From positions 601-64,600 of the forward strand of contig JAUSEN010000025.1 of assembly GCA_030650025.1 (NCBI GenBank): a stretch of 64,000 bases of DNA, written 5' to 3'. A program made the translations under genes and the position numbers. The stretch is from Candidatus Magasanikiibacteriota bacterium (GTDB taxonomy: Bacteria > Patescibacteriota > Patescibacteriia > Magasanikbacterales > GWA2-37-8). Positions within the stretch are counted from its first letter, which is position 1. Every line of letters starts with the position of its first letter. The notes beneath the pieces were generated by a model. The model was not told where the DNA came from. It searched no databases and saw nothing but the letters and a program-made list of their open reading frames with translations. Shown one piece after another: positions 40,318 through 49,404 of the stretch.

Positions 40318-42000
40318 TTATACCGTATCCTGCCGTTTGGCGGCAATGATATAAACCAGAAGGCCATACAAAATTAGCATCACCCACCACTCTATTTTTA
40401 TTTCCACGGCCGCGTATTTTAAATTGGCGAACCATTCGACGACAAACAGAAAAGCGCGGGAGACTAAAACCACAGGCGCGCCAAAAATAATGCCGAGTGG
40501 CAGATAAATTATCCCGCCAATTAGAGACACGAAACCGCCCAGCATGAGAAACGGCACACTCCAGAGCAATAACACGTTAACCACCGGCGCTACGAGTGAA
40601 ATTAACCCAAACTGATACAACATAAGAGGGAGCGTCATGACAATGGCCGAAATTGTTTGTACAAGAATATTACTGCCTTGCAAAAGCACGTCATTGCGAG
40701 GAACGAGCGAAGCGAGCGACGAAGCAATCTCTGTGTTATTGCCAAAAGATTGCTTCGTCCTCCTCCCCGCTACGCGGGTTATTGTCCTCGCAATGACGTC
40801 TGCGAAGACTGGCGATAAATAAACTAACCCAATCGTCGCTAAAAACGAAAGCTGGAAACCGGCGTCATACAATAAAATATAGGGTGAAATTAAAACCATC
40901 AGCGCGGCTGTGAAGCTTAAACCCGGGCCCATACTAGAGAGCCGCCCTAAATATTGCGCGAGTAGTACCAAAGCGCCCATGACAGCCGCGCGCACGACCG
41001 AAGCCGTAGCGCCAGTCATAATTACAAAACAAAACAAGACGAAGAGCGTGGCCCAAAATGCCTGCCGCCGCCAAAGCCCAATTAAAATTAAAATGCTCAT
41101 TAAGGCGCTCGCGATTATCGTAATATTAAAACCAGACACTGCCAAAACATGCGAGAGGCCGGTACGCTGAAAGGATTTTTTTAAACTCTCTGGGAACCCG
41201 CTCGAACCGCCAAACAAAAGCCCATTTATAAAACTATTCTCCGGCTCGGCCCAAATTTGCGAGGCCGTTGAGAAAAATACGCTCCGGACCCAATATATTT
41301 TAGAACCAATAAATTTTACAGGGCCTTCATAATTTTGGCTTATTCCTGAAAGAAAAGTAACACTCCGGACATCGTTGCAAACCGCTTGAATATTGCGACT
41401 CGCCAGATATCGATCGTAACGAAAGTTATTGCTCGCTTTATATTCGGCCGCCTGGCCGGCTGCCTGACGACTCCTCGGTTTTGGTACCTCTACAAAACAA
41501 CCGAAGGCCAGCGTATCGCCGTAAGTAAATTTATTGGCCAGAGATGTTTTTAACAAAATTTTTCCGTTCACGCTCTGACGCACCAATTCTATGCCCTCCC
41601 CCACTATACCAACTGTTTTAACTTTCACAACATATTCAAGGCTACTAATTTTTTCTTCGGGGTACTTGGCCACCTCGCCTGTAATGTTTATTTTCTGACC
41701 ATTATAGTAACAAATATTGTTAAAATTAGCGCAATCAAAACCGGTTACACTAACGCGCCAGAGACCAAACATAAAAAATAAACAGGCCAGTAGAAAAAAT
41801 CTGGCGAAAATATTTTTCCAAAATAAAATTGCGCCGGCCAATACCACAAACAGCCCGGCGTACCAATAAATACCGGGAGCAAGTGTGACGAAATCGGAAA
41901 ATAGCGAACCCGCGGCGATGCCGCCTAAAAATAAAACGCAAAACGCGATGAACGTTTGGCTGGGGGAAATAATTATTTTTTTAAGCCACGCGCGCGGCAT
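40318..42000 (-). CDS. comEC: ComEC DNA uptake channel (competence domain) with in-frame CGTC element
   Basis: GLSHVLAVSGFNI, SVVRAAVM, DAGFQLSFLAT. Confidence 0.92.
   Translation of the reverse strand: MPRAWLKKIIISPSQTFIAFCVLFLGGIAAGSLFSDFVTLAPGIYWYAGLFVVLAGAILFWKNIFARFFLLACLFFMFGLWRVSVTGFDCANFNNICYYNGQKINITGEVAKYPEEKISSLEYVVKVKTVGIVGEGIELVRQSVNGKILLKTSLANKFTYGDTLAFGCFVEVPKPRSRQAAGQAAEYKASNNFRYDRYLASRNIQAVCNDVRSVTFLSGISQNYEGPVKFIGSKIYWVRSVFFSTASQIWAEPENSFINGLLFGGSSGFPESLKKSFQRTGLSHVLAVSGFNITIIASALMSILILIGLWRRQAFWATLFVLFCFVIMTGATASVVRAAVMGALVLLAQYLGRLSSMGPGLSFTAALMVLISPYILLYDAGFQLSFLATIGLVYLSPVFADVIARTITRVAGRRTKQSFGNNTEIASSLASLVPRNDVLLQGSNILVQTISAIVMTLPLMLYQFGLISLVAPVVNVLLLWSVPFLMLGGFVSLIGGIIYLPLGIIFGAPVVLVSRAFLFVVEWFANLKYAAVEIKIEWWVMLILYGLLVYIIAAKRQDTV
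40689..40798. repeat. CGTC-tagged palindromic doublet in frame in comEC
   Basis: CGTCATTGCGAGGA...TCCTCGCAATGACG; encodes VIARTITRVAGRRTKQSFGNNTEIASSLASLVPRND. Confidence 0.85.
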
Positions 42001-42003
42001 AAA

Positions 42004-42639
42004 CTAAAATTCTCGGGGCTCGCCATTGTTCAACACTTCCCAATTTAAACCCGCGGCTTTAAATTCGCGCTCGGCGTTTGGGGTATAGGGATTAGCAGTA
42101 ACCAAAAAACCATCATGGATGGGAAACATGATTTTAGGATTTATAGCGATACCAAACTCTAGAGTATGGGCTAGGTCGGTCCAGGGAGCGACTAAAGGCA
42201 AGGCGAGAATAGCAACTGGCTCCTCTGGCAATTCGTATGAATCTCCAGGGTGGAACAATTGACCAGCGATAATAAAACCAACATTGTCGCAGATGGGCAT
42301 GGTTTTATAAATAAAAGCGTGTTTCTCGCCAAAACCCTTAATACTGACCGTTTTTACTTGCACGACCTCTCCATTTTTCAAAATACTAGCCACAACACCC
42401 TCGGCTTTGGCTTTAGCAACGACCGTAGGATTGGTAAAAATTTTAGCTCCAGGATTATTTTTTAAAATATTTTTGATATTCGAAATATAAAAATGGTCGC
42501 CGTGCTCATGCGTAATTAAAATAGCGTCAATATTTTTTAAATCTGGCGGCACCACACTCCACATGCCCGGATCAATTAAAATTCCGGCATCCGCTTCTTC
42601 TACTAATAAACACGAGTGGCCGAATTTGGTGATTTTCAT
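42004..42639 (-). CDS. MBL-fold metallohydrolase
   Basis: FGHSC, IDPG, THEHGDH, HPGDS, PIHD. Confidence 0.9.
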   Translation of the reverse strand: MKITKFGHSCLLVEEADAGILIDPGMWSVVPPDLKNIDAILITHEHGDHFYISNIKNILKNNPGAKIFTNPTVVAKAKAEGVVASILKNGEVVQVKTVSIKGFGEKHAFIYKTMPICDNVGFIIAGQLFHPGDSYELPEEPVAILALPLVAPWTDLAHTLEFGIAINPKIMFPIHDGFLVTANPYTPNAEREFKAAGLNWEVLNNGEPREF

Positions 42640-42656
42640 ATTTAAATTAATACCCG

Positions 42657-43262
42657 TTATTTTAGAATCGCTTTATATAAAATCTTACGCACCGTACATT
42701 TATCTCCAAAATGCCCAATCGCCAAAGCGCTGGCATTAAAGTTTATTGGCAACTTAATTGTTTTTATTTTTGAGGTGCGAAGAGTTATGTGCGGACTGAA
42801 TTTTTTGCCAATCGAAGTTTTTAAATATTTTTTTACCCAGAGTTTAGTAATCGGATTAAAGTGCTCCCCCGGTTTAATATAAAACATTTTTTTCTCGGCT
42901 TGCCTACTCGTCAGCGGCGTGGCGGCCGCGATAATTTTATTTTGTAAGTACCTTAGTTTTTTTGTAATCTCTAAATCTAAAAAATGCATCGGCTCCCCCG
43001 CCATTACGTCACTGTTAAATCGAGTCAATTTCAGTGGCAGGCTAGCATACTCGGCCGCAATGTTTTTAACTACCCAGGCCACTTTTAATAAATTTTTTTC
43101 TGATACCACCCCAAAAAATAAAGAAATGTGGGGCAAATTATCTTTTAAATTCAAAGGAAAGGGATACCTGTCTAGATGCGAAAACTTACGACTAATTTTA
43201 ACACACCGCCGCATTATATTTTTGGGCGGCAGTACTATAATATCAATCGCGTAATTTTTCAT
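42657..43262 (-). CDS. 2H phosphoesterase (2'-5' RNA ligase-like)
   Basis: Two HxS/T motifs: PHISL and PHITL. Confidence 0.75.
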   Translation of the reverse strand: MKNYAIDIIVLPPKNIMRRCVKISRKFSHLDRYPFPLNLKDNLPHISLFFGVVSEKNLLKVAWVVKNIAAEYASLPLKLTRFNSDVMAGEPMHFLDLEITKKLRYLQNKIIAAATPLTSRQAEKKMFYIKPGEHFNPITKLWVKKYLKTSIGKKFSPHITLRTSKIKTIKLPINFNASALAIGHFGDKCTVRKILYKAILK

Positions 43263-43286
43263 ATCAACACCAACGCTTAACTAAAT

Positions 43287-46200
43287 TTAAACCACCACAC
43301 TCACTAATCTCCCCTTAACATAGATGATCTTCTTCGGCGTTTTACCTTCTAACCACTTGTGAATTTTTTCTGACTCTAGCGCTAATTTTTTGATTTCGTC
43401 TTCGGAAATATCGGGCGCCACTGTTAATTCATCGCGCACTTTGCCGTTGATTTGAATGACGATGGTAATAATTGATTCTTTGGCGAGCTCGGGGTCAAAC
43501 TGTGGCCAGGCCGAATATGCAAGAGGCGTACCGTCACCAAATTTAGACCATAACTCCTCGGCAAGATGCGGCGCAAAAGGTGAAAGTAATTGAATGAGTG
43601 TTGAGTAGTGAGTAGGGAGTAGCGAAATTTGTTTGGTCATTTCATTAACCAATTCCATCAACTTCGCAATCGCGGTATTAAATCGCATCGCTTCAATATC
43701 TTCGGAAACTTTTTTAATGGTTTGGTGAAGAATAGAAAGGGTTTGCCTTTGCGAGACCTCCCCCCACCCCTCCTTTGCTAAGGAGGGGGGAGCGAGCCCC
43801 CTCTCCATCGCAATGGAGAGGGCGGGGGGTGAGGATTCGCCTATCTTCTCCTGCAACCCCCATACCTTCTCTAAAAACCGCCGCACGCCAACTAGGCCGT
43901 TGGTATCCCACATCACGGCCTGATCAAACGGGCCCATAAACATAATATAGCAACGGAAAGCATCGGCCCCGAATTTTTCTATCATTTCGTCCGGGTTAAT
44001 TACGTTGCCGCGCGATTTGCTCATTTTTTCCCCATCCGGCCCCAAAATCATGCCGTGGCTAGTGCGTTTTTTATACGGCTCGCTCGTGGGCACCACGCCA
44101 ATATCAAATAAAAACTGATTCCAAAAACGGGAATATAATAAATGCAAAACAGTGTGTTCCATACCGCCATTGTACCAATCCACTGGAGTCCAGTACCGTA
44201 ATTTTTCTGGCGAAGCAAATTCTTTATCGTTGTTGGGATCAGTATAACGTAGAAAATACCAAGACGACCCGGCCCAGTTCGGCATAGTGTCAGTTTCGCG
44301 TCTCGCCTCTCCACCACAGCGTGGGCAGGTGGTGTTTACCCAACTAGTCATGGTCGCGAGCGGCGACTCGCCCGTGTCGGTGGGCTGGTATTTTGCGACG
44401 GCGGGGAGTTCTAACGGCAATTCACTTTCGGGGAGAGGAACCCAGCCGGTATGTTTACTCTGTAAAAATAAATCTAATAAAACTGGAATTTCAGGTTCAA
44501 CCGTAAAATGTTCGTAGCCAGAAACTGTTTGAACTTGCCAGCCCTCTGGTAACACGTCGTGACCAACGGAATGAACACTTGGATCATCGTTAGAAAAAAT
44601 TGCGTTGCCACTAAAAACCTTATTTTTTATTTTCTGCCAGTCAAGTGGTGCGTTCCAAAACGATTGAACTGTTGAATAATCTCTCTCTGGTTTCTTTTTC
44701 TTTTTAATCTCAAGATCCTCGTCGGTCAATGTTGCCAGCGCGGGCGCAACCAGATAAAGATAACCAATTTTATTTTTTAATTTTTCTAATAAGTGTAAGG
44801 CTGCTTTGCCACCAAGGCTGTGACCAACAATAACATCATCTTCGCCAAGCTGTTTAGCTAGAGGCAATAATTCTTCAAGCCATTTTTCTAATATCGGCCT
44901 ATCGGTAGTGGTCATTGTTGGGGTCATCACCTCGAAGCCTCTTAATTCTAATTCTTTCTTTACCCAAGGTAGCCAATTTTTATCAGCTCTGCCCGTGAAG
45001 CCATGAATAATCAAAACTTTCTGCTTTTTATTTTTACAATTCTCGCAATACACCAGCGGAATCGGCTCGCCCCAGTAATGCTGGCGCGAAAACACCCAGT
45101 CGCGCAGTTTGTAATTTACTTGTCGCTTGCCCCACCCTTTGGCTTCAATGTAATCCATTATTTTATTTTTTGCTTCCATGATCGGCAAGCCGTTGAGAAA
45201 CTCGCTATTTACCATGGCACCAGTTTCTTCCTGAACCTGCTCTGGCTTGGTGATTGGCGATGCATCGCCATCGGGCCCAACCACCACGCGGATAATCTCC
45301 AGGCCCATCTCAATCGCAAATTCAAAATTGCGTAGATCGTGACCAGGAACGCCAACCAGGGCGCCAGTGCCAACATTGCCTAAAACAAAATCACTCACAT
45401 ACATTGGCATCTTAAACCCAGTGAGCTGATTAATCGCATACCAGCCGGTGAACACACCCGTTTTTTTCTTTCCGGCCTGGGCGCGCTCCATATCGGTCTT
45501 TTTCTTTGTTTCGGCAATATATTTTTCGACTTTAACGCGCTCTGGAAACTTTTCTAAATTTTCGATTACAAACTTGCCATCGGGAGCCAGAGCAATAAAC
45601 GTAGCGCCAAAATTTGTATCTGGCCGCGTGGTGAAAACAGTAACCGGCGCGCCCGATCCTTCAACTTCGTATGTAATGTTTATGCCTTCGCTCCGCCCAA
45701 TCCAGTTCTCCTGTTGCACGCGCGCGGGGGTAATATAGTCAACGGTTTTTAAGCCCTCCAAAAGCTTGTCGGCATATTTGGTAATCGCGAGCATCCACTG
45801 GTCTTTATCACGCTGTTCAACCGGCGTGCCACAGCGCTCGCAACAACCATTTATCACTTCTTCGTTCGCGAGGCCGGTTTTGTCCTTGGGGCACCAATTG
45901 ATAGGCAGATTTTTCTTATAGGCCAAGCCGTGCTTAAAAAACTGTAGAAACATTTGTTGTGTCCATTTATAATACGCGGGGTCGGAAGTATTTACCTGGC
46001 GCGACCAATCAAAACTATACCCCAGAGCTTTGAGCTGACGGGTAAAATTCGCAATATTTTTAGCCGTCACCTCCGCGGGCGGCCGACCCGTCTTAATCGC
46101 AAAATTTTCAGTCGGGAGGCCAAAAGCGTCAAAGCCAATGGGATATAAAACATTGTAGCCTTCCATGCGACGCTTCCGGCTTACAATGTCCATGGCCGTA

Positions 46201-46376
46201 AACGGCCTAGGATGGCCGACATGCAGGCCTTCGGCCGATGGGTAAGGAAATTCTATGAGAGAATAAAACTTTTTTTCCGCATGCTTAAAATCTTCCGTAA
46301 CTTCAAAAGTTTTCTGGTCTTCCCAAAATTTCTGCCATTTCTTTTCTATCTTATGAGGATCGTATTTTTTTGGCAT
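43287..46376 (-). CDS. leuS: Leucine-tRNA ligase with inserted alpha/beta-hydrolase domain and repeat insertion
   Basis: FPYPS..LHVGH, TTRPDT, DWVFSRQHYWGEPIP, ETDTM, KMSKS. Confidence 0.97.
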   Translation of the reverse strand: MPKKYDPHKIEKKWQKFWEDQKTFEVTEDFKHAEKKFYSLIEFPYPSAEGLHVGHPRPFTAMDIVSRKRRMEGYNVLYPIGFDAFGLPTENFAIKTGRPPAEVTAKNIANFTRQLKALGYSFDWSRQVNTSDPAYYKWTQQMFLQFFKHGLAYKKNLPINWCPKDKTGLANEEVINGCCERCGTPVEQRDKDQWMLAITKYADKLLEGLKTVDYITPARVQQENWIGRSEGINITYEVEGSGAPVTVFTTRPDTNFGATFIALAPDGKFVIENLEKFPERVKVEKYIAETKKKTDMERAQAGKKKTGVFTGWYAINQLTGFKMPMYVSDFVLGNVGTGALVGVPGHDLRNFEFAIEMGLEIIRVVVGPDGDASPITKPEQVQEETGAMVNSEFLNGLPIMEAKNKIMDYIEAKGWGKRQVNYKLRDWVFSRQHYWGEPIPLVYCENCKNKKQKVLIIHGFTGRADKNWLPWVKKELELRGFEVMTPTMTTTDRPILEKWLEELLPLAKQLGEDDVIVGHSLGGKAALHLLEKLKNKIGYLYLVAPALATLTDEDLEIKKKKKPERDYSTVQSFWNAPLDWQKIKNKVFSGNAIFSNDDPSVHSVGHDVLPEGWQVQTVSGYEHFTVEPEIPVLLDLFLQSKHTGWVPLPESELPLELPAVAKYQPTDTGESPLATMTSWVNTTCPRCGGEARRETDTMPNWAGSSWYFLRYTDPNNDKEFASPEKLRYWTPVDWYNGGMEHTVLHLLYSRFWNQFLFDIGVVPTSEPYKKRTSHGMILGPDGEKMSKSRGNVINPDEMIEKFGADAFRCYIMFMGPFDQAVMWDTNGLVGVRRFLEKVWGLQEKIGESSPPALSIAMERGLAPPSLAKEGWGEVSQRQTLSILHQTIKKVSEDIEAMRFNTAIAKLMELVNEMTKQISLLPTHYSTLIQLLSPFAPHLAEELWSKFGDGTPLAYSAWPQFDPELAKESIITIVIQINGKVRDELTVAPDISEDEIKKLALESEKIHKWLEGKTPKKIIYVKGRLVSVVV
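43757..43834. mobile_element. C-tail hairpin doublet in frame in leuS
   Basis: CCCCTCCTT-TGCT-AAGGAGGGG and inverted CCCTCTCCAT-CGCA-ATGGAGAGGG; encodes SPPALSIAMERGLAPPSLAKEGWGE. Confidence 0.85.
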
Positions 46377-46445
46377 AAAACAAAATAATCAATGCGTTGC
46401 ATCTAAATCGTAGTTTAGCTTATAACTGCGAGGAAATCAACCCCT

Positions 46446-47231
46446 TTATTTGTTAAACAAATCCATTAACTTGGGATGTAATTTGGGGTTGGCGATAACC
46501 ATATCTTTCCGCCCGCGTTGCCAAATATTACCCTCGCAATCGGTGGCGCGCGCGCCGGCTTCAGTCGCTATCACGAACGCGGCCAAAAAATCATGGTACA
46601 TTGGCCCGTTTTTAAGCACCGCATCCATACGGCCGGCGGCCACATAGCAAGCCCCGAGCATACTGCCGTAATTAAAAATCCATTTGCCGCGCTCCCCCAT
46701 TAAATTATTATAGAACCGCAGATAGTCTGGGTATTTTTCGGAATCATAAGGCGAACCAGTGTTCATGTGGCCCGGGCTAAAATCCATAAAACTATTCTGC
46801 ACATCATCGTTTTCGTTCACAGTAATTTTTTTATCATTTAAAAAAGCGCCCTTCCCAGCCTCGGCAAAATACAACTCATCGTTCATGGCATCGTAAATCG
46901 CTCCCAAAAAAGGCTGGCCATTTTTTGTAATTCCGATCATCACGCACCAATGAGAAATTTTATTGGCAAAATTTCTGGTGCCGTCAATGGGGTCTATCAC
47001 CCACGTGTACTCCGCGCCAGGATTAATTTCGCCGGCACGCTCTTCGGTAATAATGCCGTGGTCCGGGAATTTTTCTTTTATTTTGTTAACCAAAAAAATT
47101 TCCGTTTCTTTATCGGCAACTGTCACGATGTCAGAGGGGCTGGATTTATAGGCGTGCGCAACGCCCTCTAAATAATAACCTTTAGCCAAAAACCCAGCTT
47201 CTTTAATAATGTCTTGAAGAAATTTTTGCAT
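46446..47231 (-). CDS. Inositol monophosphatase family protein
   Basis: DIVTVAD, WVIDPIDGTRNF, HDFLAA; start trimmed to MQKFL. Confidence 0.92.
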   Translation of the reverse strand: MQKFLQDIIKEAGFLAKGYYLEGVAHAYKSSPSDIVTVADKETEIFLVNKIKEKFPDHGIITEERAGEINPGAEYTWVIDPIDGTRNFANKISHWCVMIGITKNGQPFLGAIYDAMNDELYFAEAGKGAFLNDKKITVNENDDVQNSFMDFSPGHMNTGSPYDSEKYPDYLRFYNNLMGERGKWIFNYGSMLGACYVAAGRMDAVLKNGPMYHDFLAAFVIATEAGARATDCEGNIWQRGRKDMVIANPKLHPKLMDLFNK

Positions 47232-47291
47232 AAAATCAATTAAATGGCCGTACCGAGTGTGGCCATTGTATCTCAAAAAAACACTTTGATT

Positions 47292-47549
47292 TTAACGATA
47301 CACATCTTTCCGGTGGCCGATAGTAGCAAGCAAGGCGGTTTCCGGAGCCACAAACATAAACAAAACACGATATTCCCTTGTAATACGAAAAGAAAACGCC
47401 GCCGTTTCACCTTTTAATTTTTTGGTATGCAAACGCGGATCACGCCAGCTCGTTTTAAAAAACAGTTCCTGCTCTCTAAATTTATCCTGGATATTCAAGG
47501 GCAACTTATGAAAACGCTTATAAAACTCTTCGGCGTACAAAATTTTCAT
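47292..47549 (-). CDS. RelE/ParE-superfamily toxin
   Basis: MKILYAEEF...LHTKKLKG...SFRITREYRVLF...IGHRKDVY; ATGA overlap with upstream ORF. Confidence 0.8.
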   Translation of the reverse strand: MKILYAEEFYKRFHKLPLNIQDKFREQELFFKTSWRDPRLHTKKLKGETAAFSFRITREYRVLFMFVAPETALLATIGHRKDVYR

Positions 47550-47782
47550 AATGCGGTGCGTACCCGCCCCGCCCGCCAATCCTTAACGCCGCGCTTAAAC
47601 GAGGAACGCAAACTGCGCGGCTCGCGGTAATCAATAAACGAATCTTGAGGAAACGTAACGGCCAGCTCCTCCAGAATATACTGAGAAAACTCAGTAAGTG
47701 ACAAACCATAATTTAACGCCAACCGGTTCAGGCGTTCTTTAGTTGGTCTGGCTAGGGTAACCGTAACATTAGAAAAAACCAT
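47546..47782 (-). CDS. Putative antitoxin (RHH-like)
   Basis: 78 aa, VTVTL..TKERLNRLA...GLSLTEF; coupled upstream of toxin. Confidence 0.65.
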   Translation of the reverse strand: MVFSNVTVTLARPTKERLNRLALNYGLSLTEFSQYILEELAVTFPQDSFIDYREPRSLRSSFKRGVKDWRAGRVRTAL

Positions 47783-47862
47783 ATTTTTTAGGGAATTAAA
47801 ATCTAATTGCCTTTACATACCAGTAGTATAACAGAAATATACAGCTCGTCAACCGCAACCGG

Positions 47863-48930
47863 TTACCGTTGGCATCTCGGGCAAAAATGCGTCCCTCGGC
47901 CAGCAATTTTAATTTTTTTAATTATTTCCTCGCATTTTTTGCACTTTTCTCCGTCTCTGTCATAGACATTTAAAAAATCCGTATAATTGCCTTTTTTACC
48001 ACTCGAATCGAGGAAATTACGAAACGTCGTACCGCGATGTTTAAGGGCGGCGCGCAGAATTTTAGGGATCGCCAAAAATAATTTTTTTTGTTCTAATTTG
48101 GTAACCGCGCCAACGCGCCGATTAGGACGAACGCCGGCGGCAAAGCAAACTTCGTCCACATAAATATTCCCGAGTCCGGCGATAAGTTCTTGGTTTAAAA
48201 GCAGGGCTTTTAGATTTGTATTCTGACGTTTTTTAAAGAGTAAAGAAAAATATGCAAAAGTGAATCCTCCCCCTGCCCCCTCCATTGCGATGGAGGGGGG
48301 TCGCGATTTCCCTCCCCTTCGCAAAGGGGAGGGCGACCCGCCCGAATCGCTACGCGAAGCGTTGCGGGCAGGGGGTGGGGTCTCGATCGGTTCGGGACCA
48401 AATTTTTTTAGCGCTCTCTCGACGTCCTGCGCAGTTGCTAATTTCATGTAACCAAACAAACGCAGGTCGTTAAAAAATAACTCTCCTCCATCTTGGAACG
48501 CAAAGGCGATACGCGTATGCTTATTCGGTAGGCATTCAATGTCGCTTTCCGACAATTTGTGCCCGCCGGCCACGATTTCCACCCCGCCCTTTTTTTCCCG
48601 CTCATCACCGCCATAAAGGCGGGATCCCGCCACGAGGCGGTGATCACCGCCATAAAGGCGGGATCCCGCCACGAGGCGGCGATAAATTAACTGGCCGGTC
48701 ATTTTAAGATGTACTAACAAACTTTGGGCTCCGTGCTTCAATCTAAAAATCATCAGCTTCCCGCGCCGATCAATGTCTCTAAAACTATTGCCCGTGAGAG
48801 CTTGAATAAATTTTGTACTCTGGCCGCCAACGCTCGTTTTTTTATAAACCTTAACTTGAACAATTTTTTTGTTCAAGATTTTATGGCGCAAGTCTTGACG
48901 AATAGTCTCTACCTCTGGTAGTTCGGGCAT
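47863..48930 (-). CDS. mutM: Formamidopyrimidine-DNA glycosylase with two in-frame repeat insertions
   Basis: MPELPEVE, RRGK, HLKMTG, GLGNIYVDE, C-terminal Zn finger. Confidence 0.96.
   Translation of the reverse strand: MPELPEVETIRQDLRHKILNKKIVQVKVYKKTSVGGQSTKFIQALTGNSFRDIDRRGKLMIFRLKHGAQSLLVHLKMTGQLIYRRLVAGSRLYGGDHRLVAGSRLYGGDEREKKGGVEIVAGGHKLSESDIECLPNKHTRIAFAFQDGGELFFNDLRLFGYMKLATAQDVERALKKFGPEPIETPPPARNASRSDSGGSPSPLRRGGKSRPPSIAMEGAGGGFTFAYFSLLFKKRQNTNLKALLLNQELIAGLGNIYVDEVCFAAGVRPNRRVGAVTKLEQKKLFLAIPKILRAALKHRGTTFRNFLDSSGKKGNYTDFLNVYDRDGEKCKKCEEIIKKIKIAGRGTHFCPRCQR
48266..48380. mobile_element. C-tail hairpin doublet in mutM containing a nested 36-bp palindrome (48337-48372)
   Basis: Same two units as in rsmA, with the second split between GAGGGCGA and GGGTGGGG. 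Confidence 0.85.
48604..48679. repeat. Tandem 39-bp-period double-hairpin repeat in mutM
   Basis: ATCACCGCCATAAAGGCGGGATCCCGCCACGAGGCGG at 48604 and 48643; encodes RLVAGSRLYGGD twice. Confidence 0.9.
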
Positions 48931-49016
48931 AGAATTACACTGTATCAAAATTACAAAATTTCGCAATTAAAAAATCCCAAGAATTTAACTCGGGATTTTA
49001 TATCATAAAACAATAA

Positions 49017-49337
49017 TTATAAACTTTTTGCCATAAACGCCTTTAATTTTTCTTTGGGCATGCCGCCGAGAGTTTGTTCAGCGACAGCGCCGTTTTTGAA
49101 CATAATAAAAGTAGGAATGCTCATGACGTTATAGGTTTGAGCGGTATTCGGATTCTCATCCACGTTTAATTTACCAATTTTAATTTTGGTTTTATCGAGT
49201 TCGCTAGAGAGCTCGGCAACAATCGGGCCCATCATCCGGCAGGGGCCGCACCAGGGCGCCCAAAAATCCACAAAGACGGGCACAGCCGATTTTAAAACTT
49301 CGGCGTCAAAATTAGCGTCAGTGAAAACATTGTCCAT
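49017..49337 (-). CDS. trxA: Thioredoxin
   Basis: VDFWAPWCGPC, MSIPT; start trimmed to MDNVF. Confidence 0.95.
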   Translation of the reverse strand: MDNVFTDANFDAEVLKSAVPVFVDFWAPWCGPCRMMGPIVAELSSELDKTKIKIGKLNVDENPNTAQTYNVMSIPTFIMFKNGAVAEQTLGGMPKEKLKAFMAKSL

Positions 49338-49404
49338 ATTATTTAACAAAATTGATTGATTGGATTGATTGTAAGGTGGTTGATATTTTATCAAAATTTT
49401 GGTT

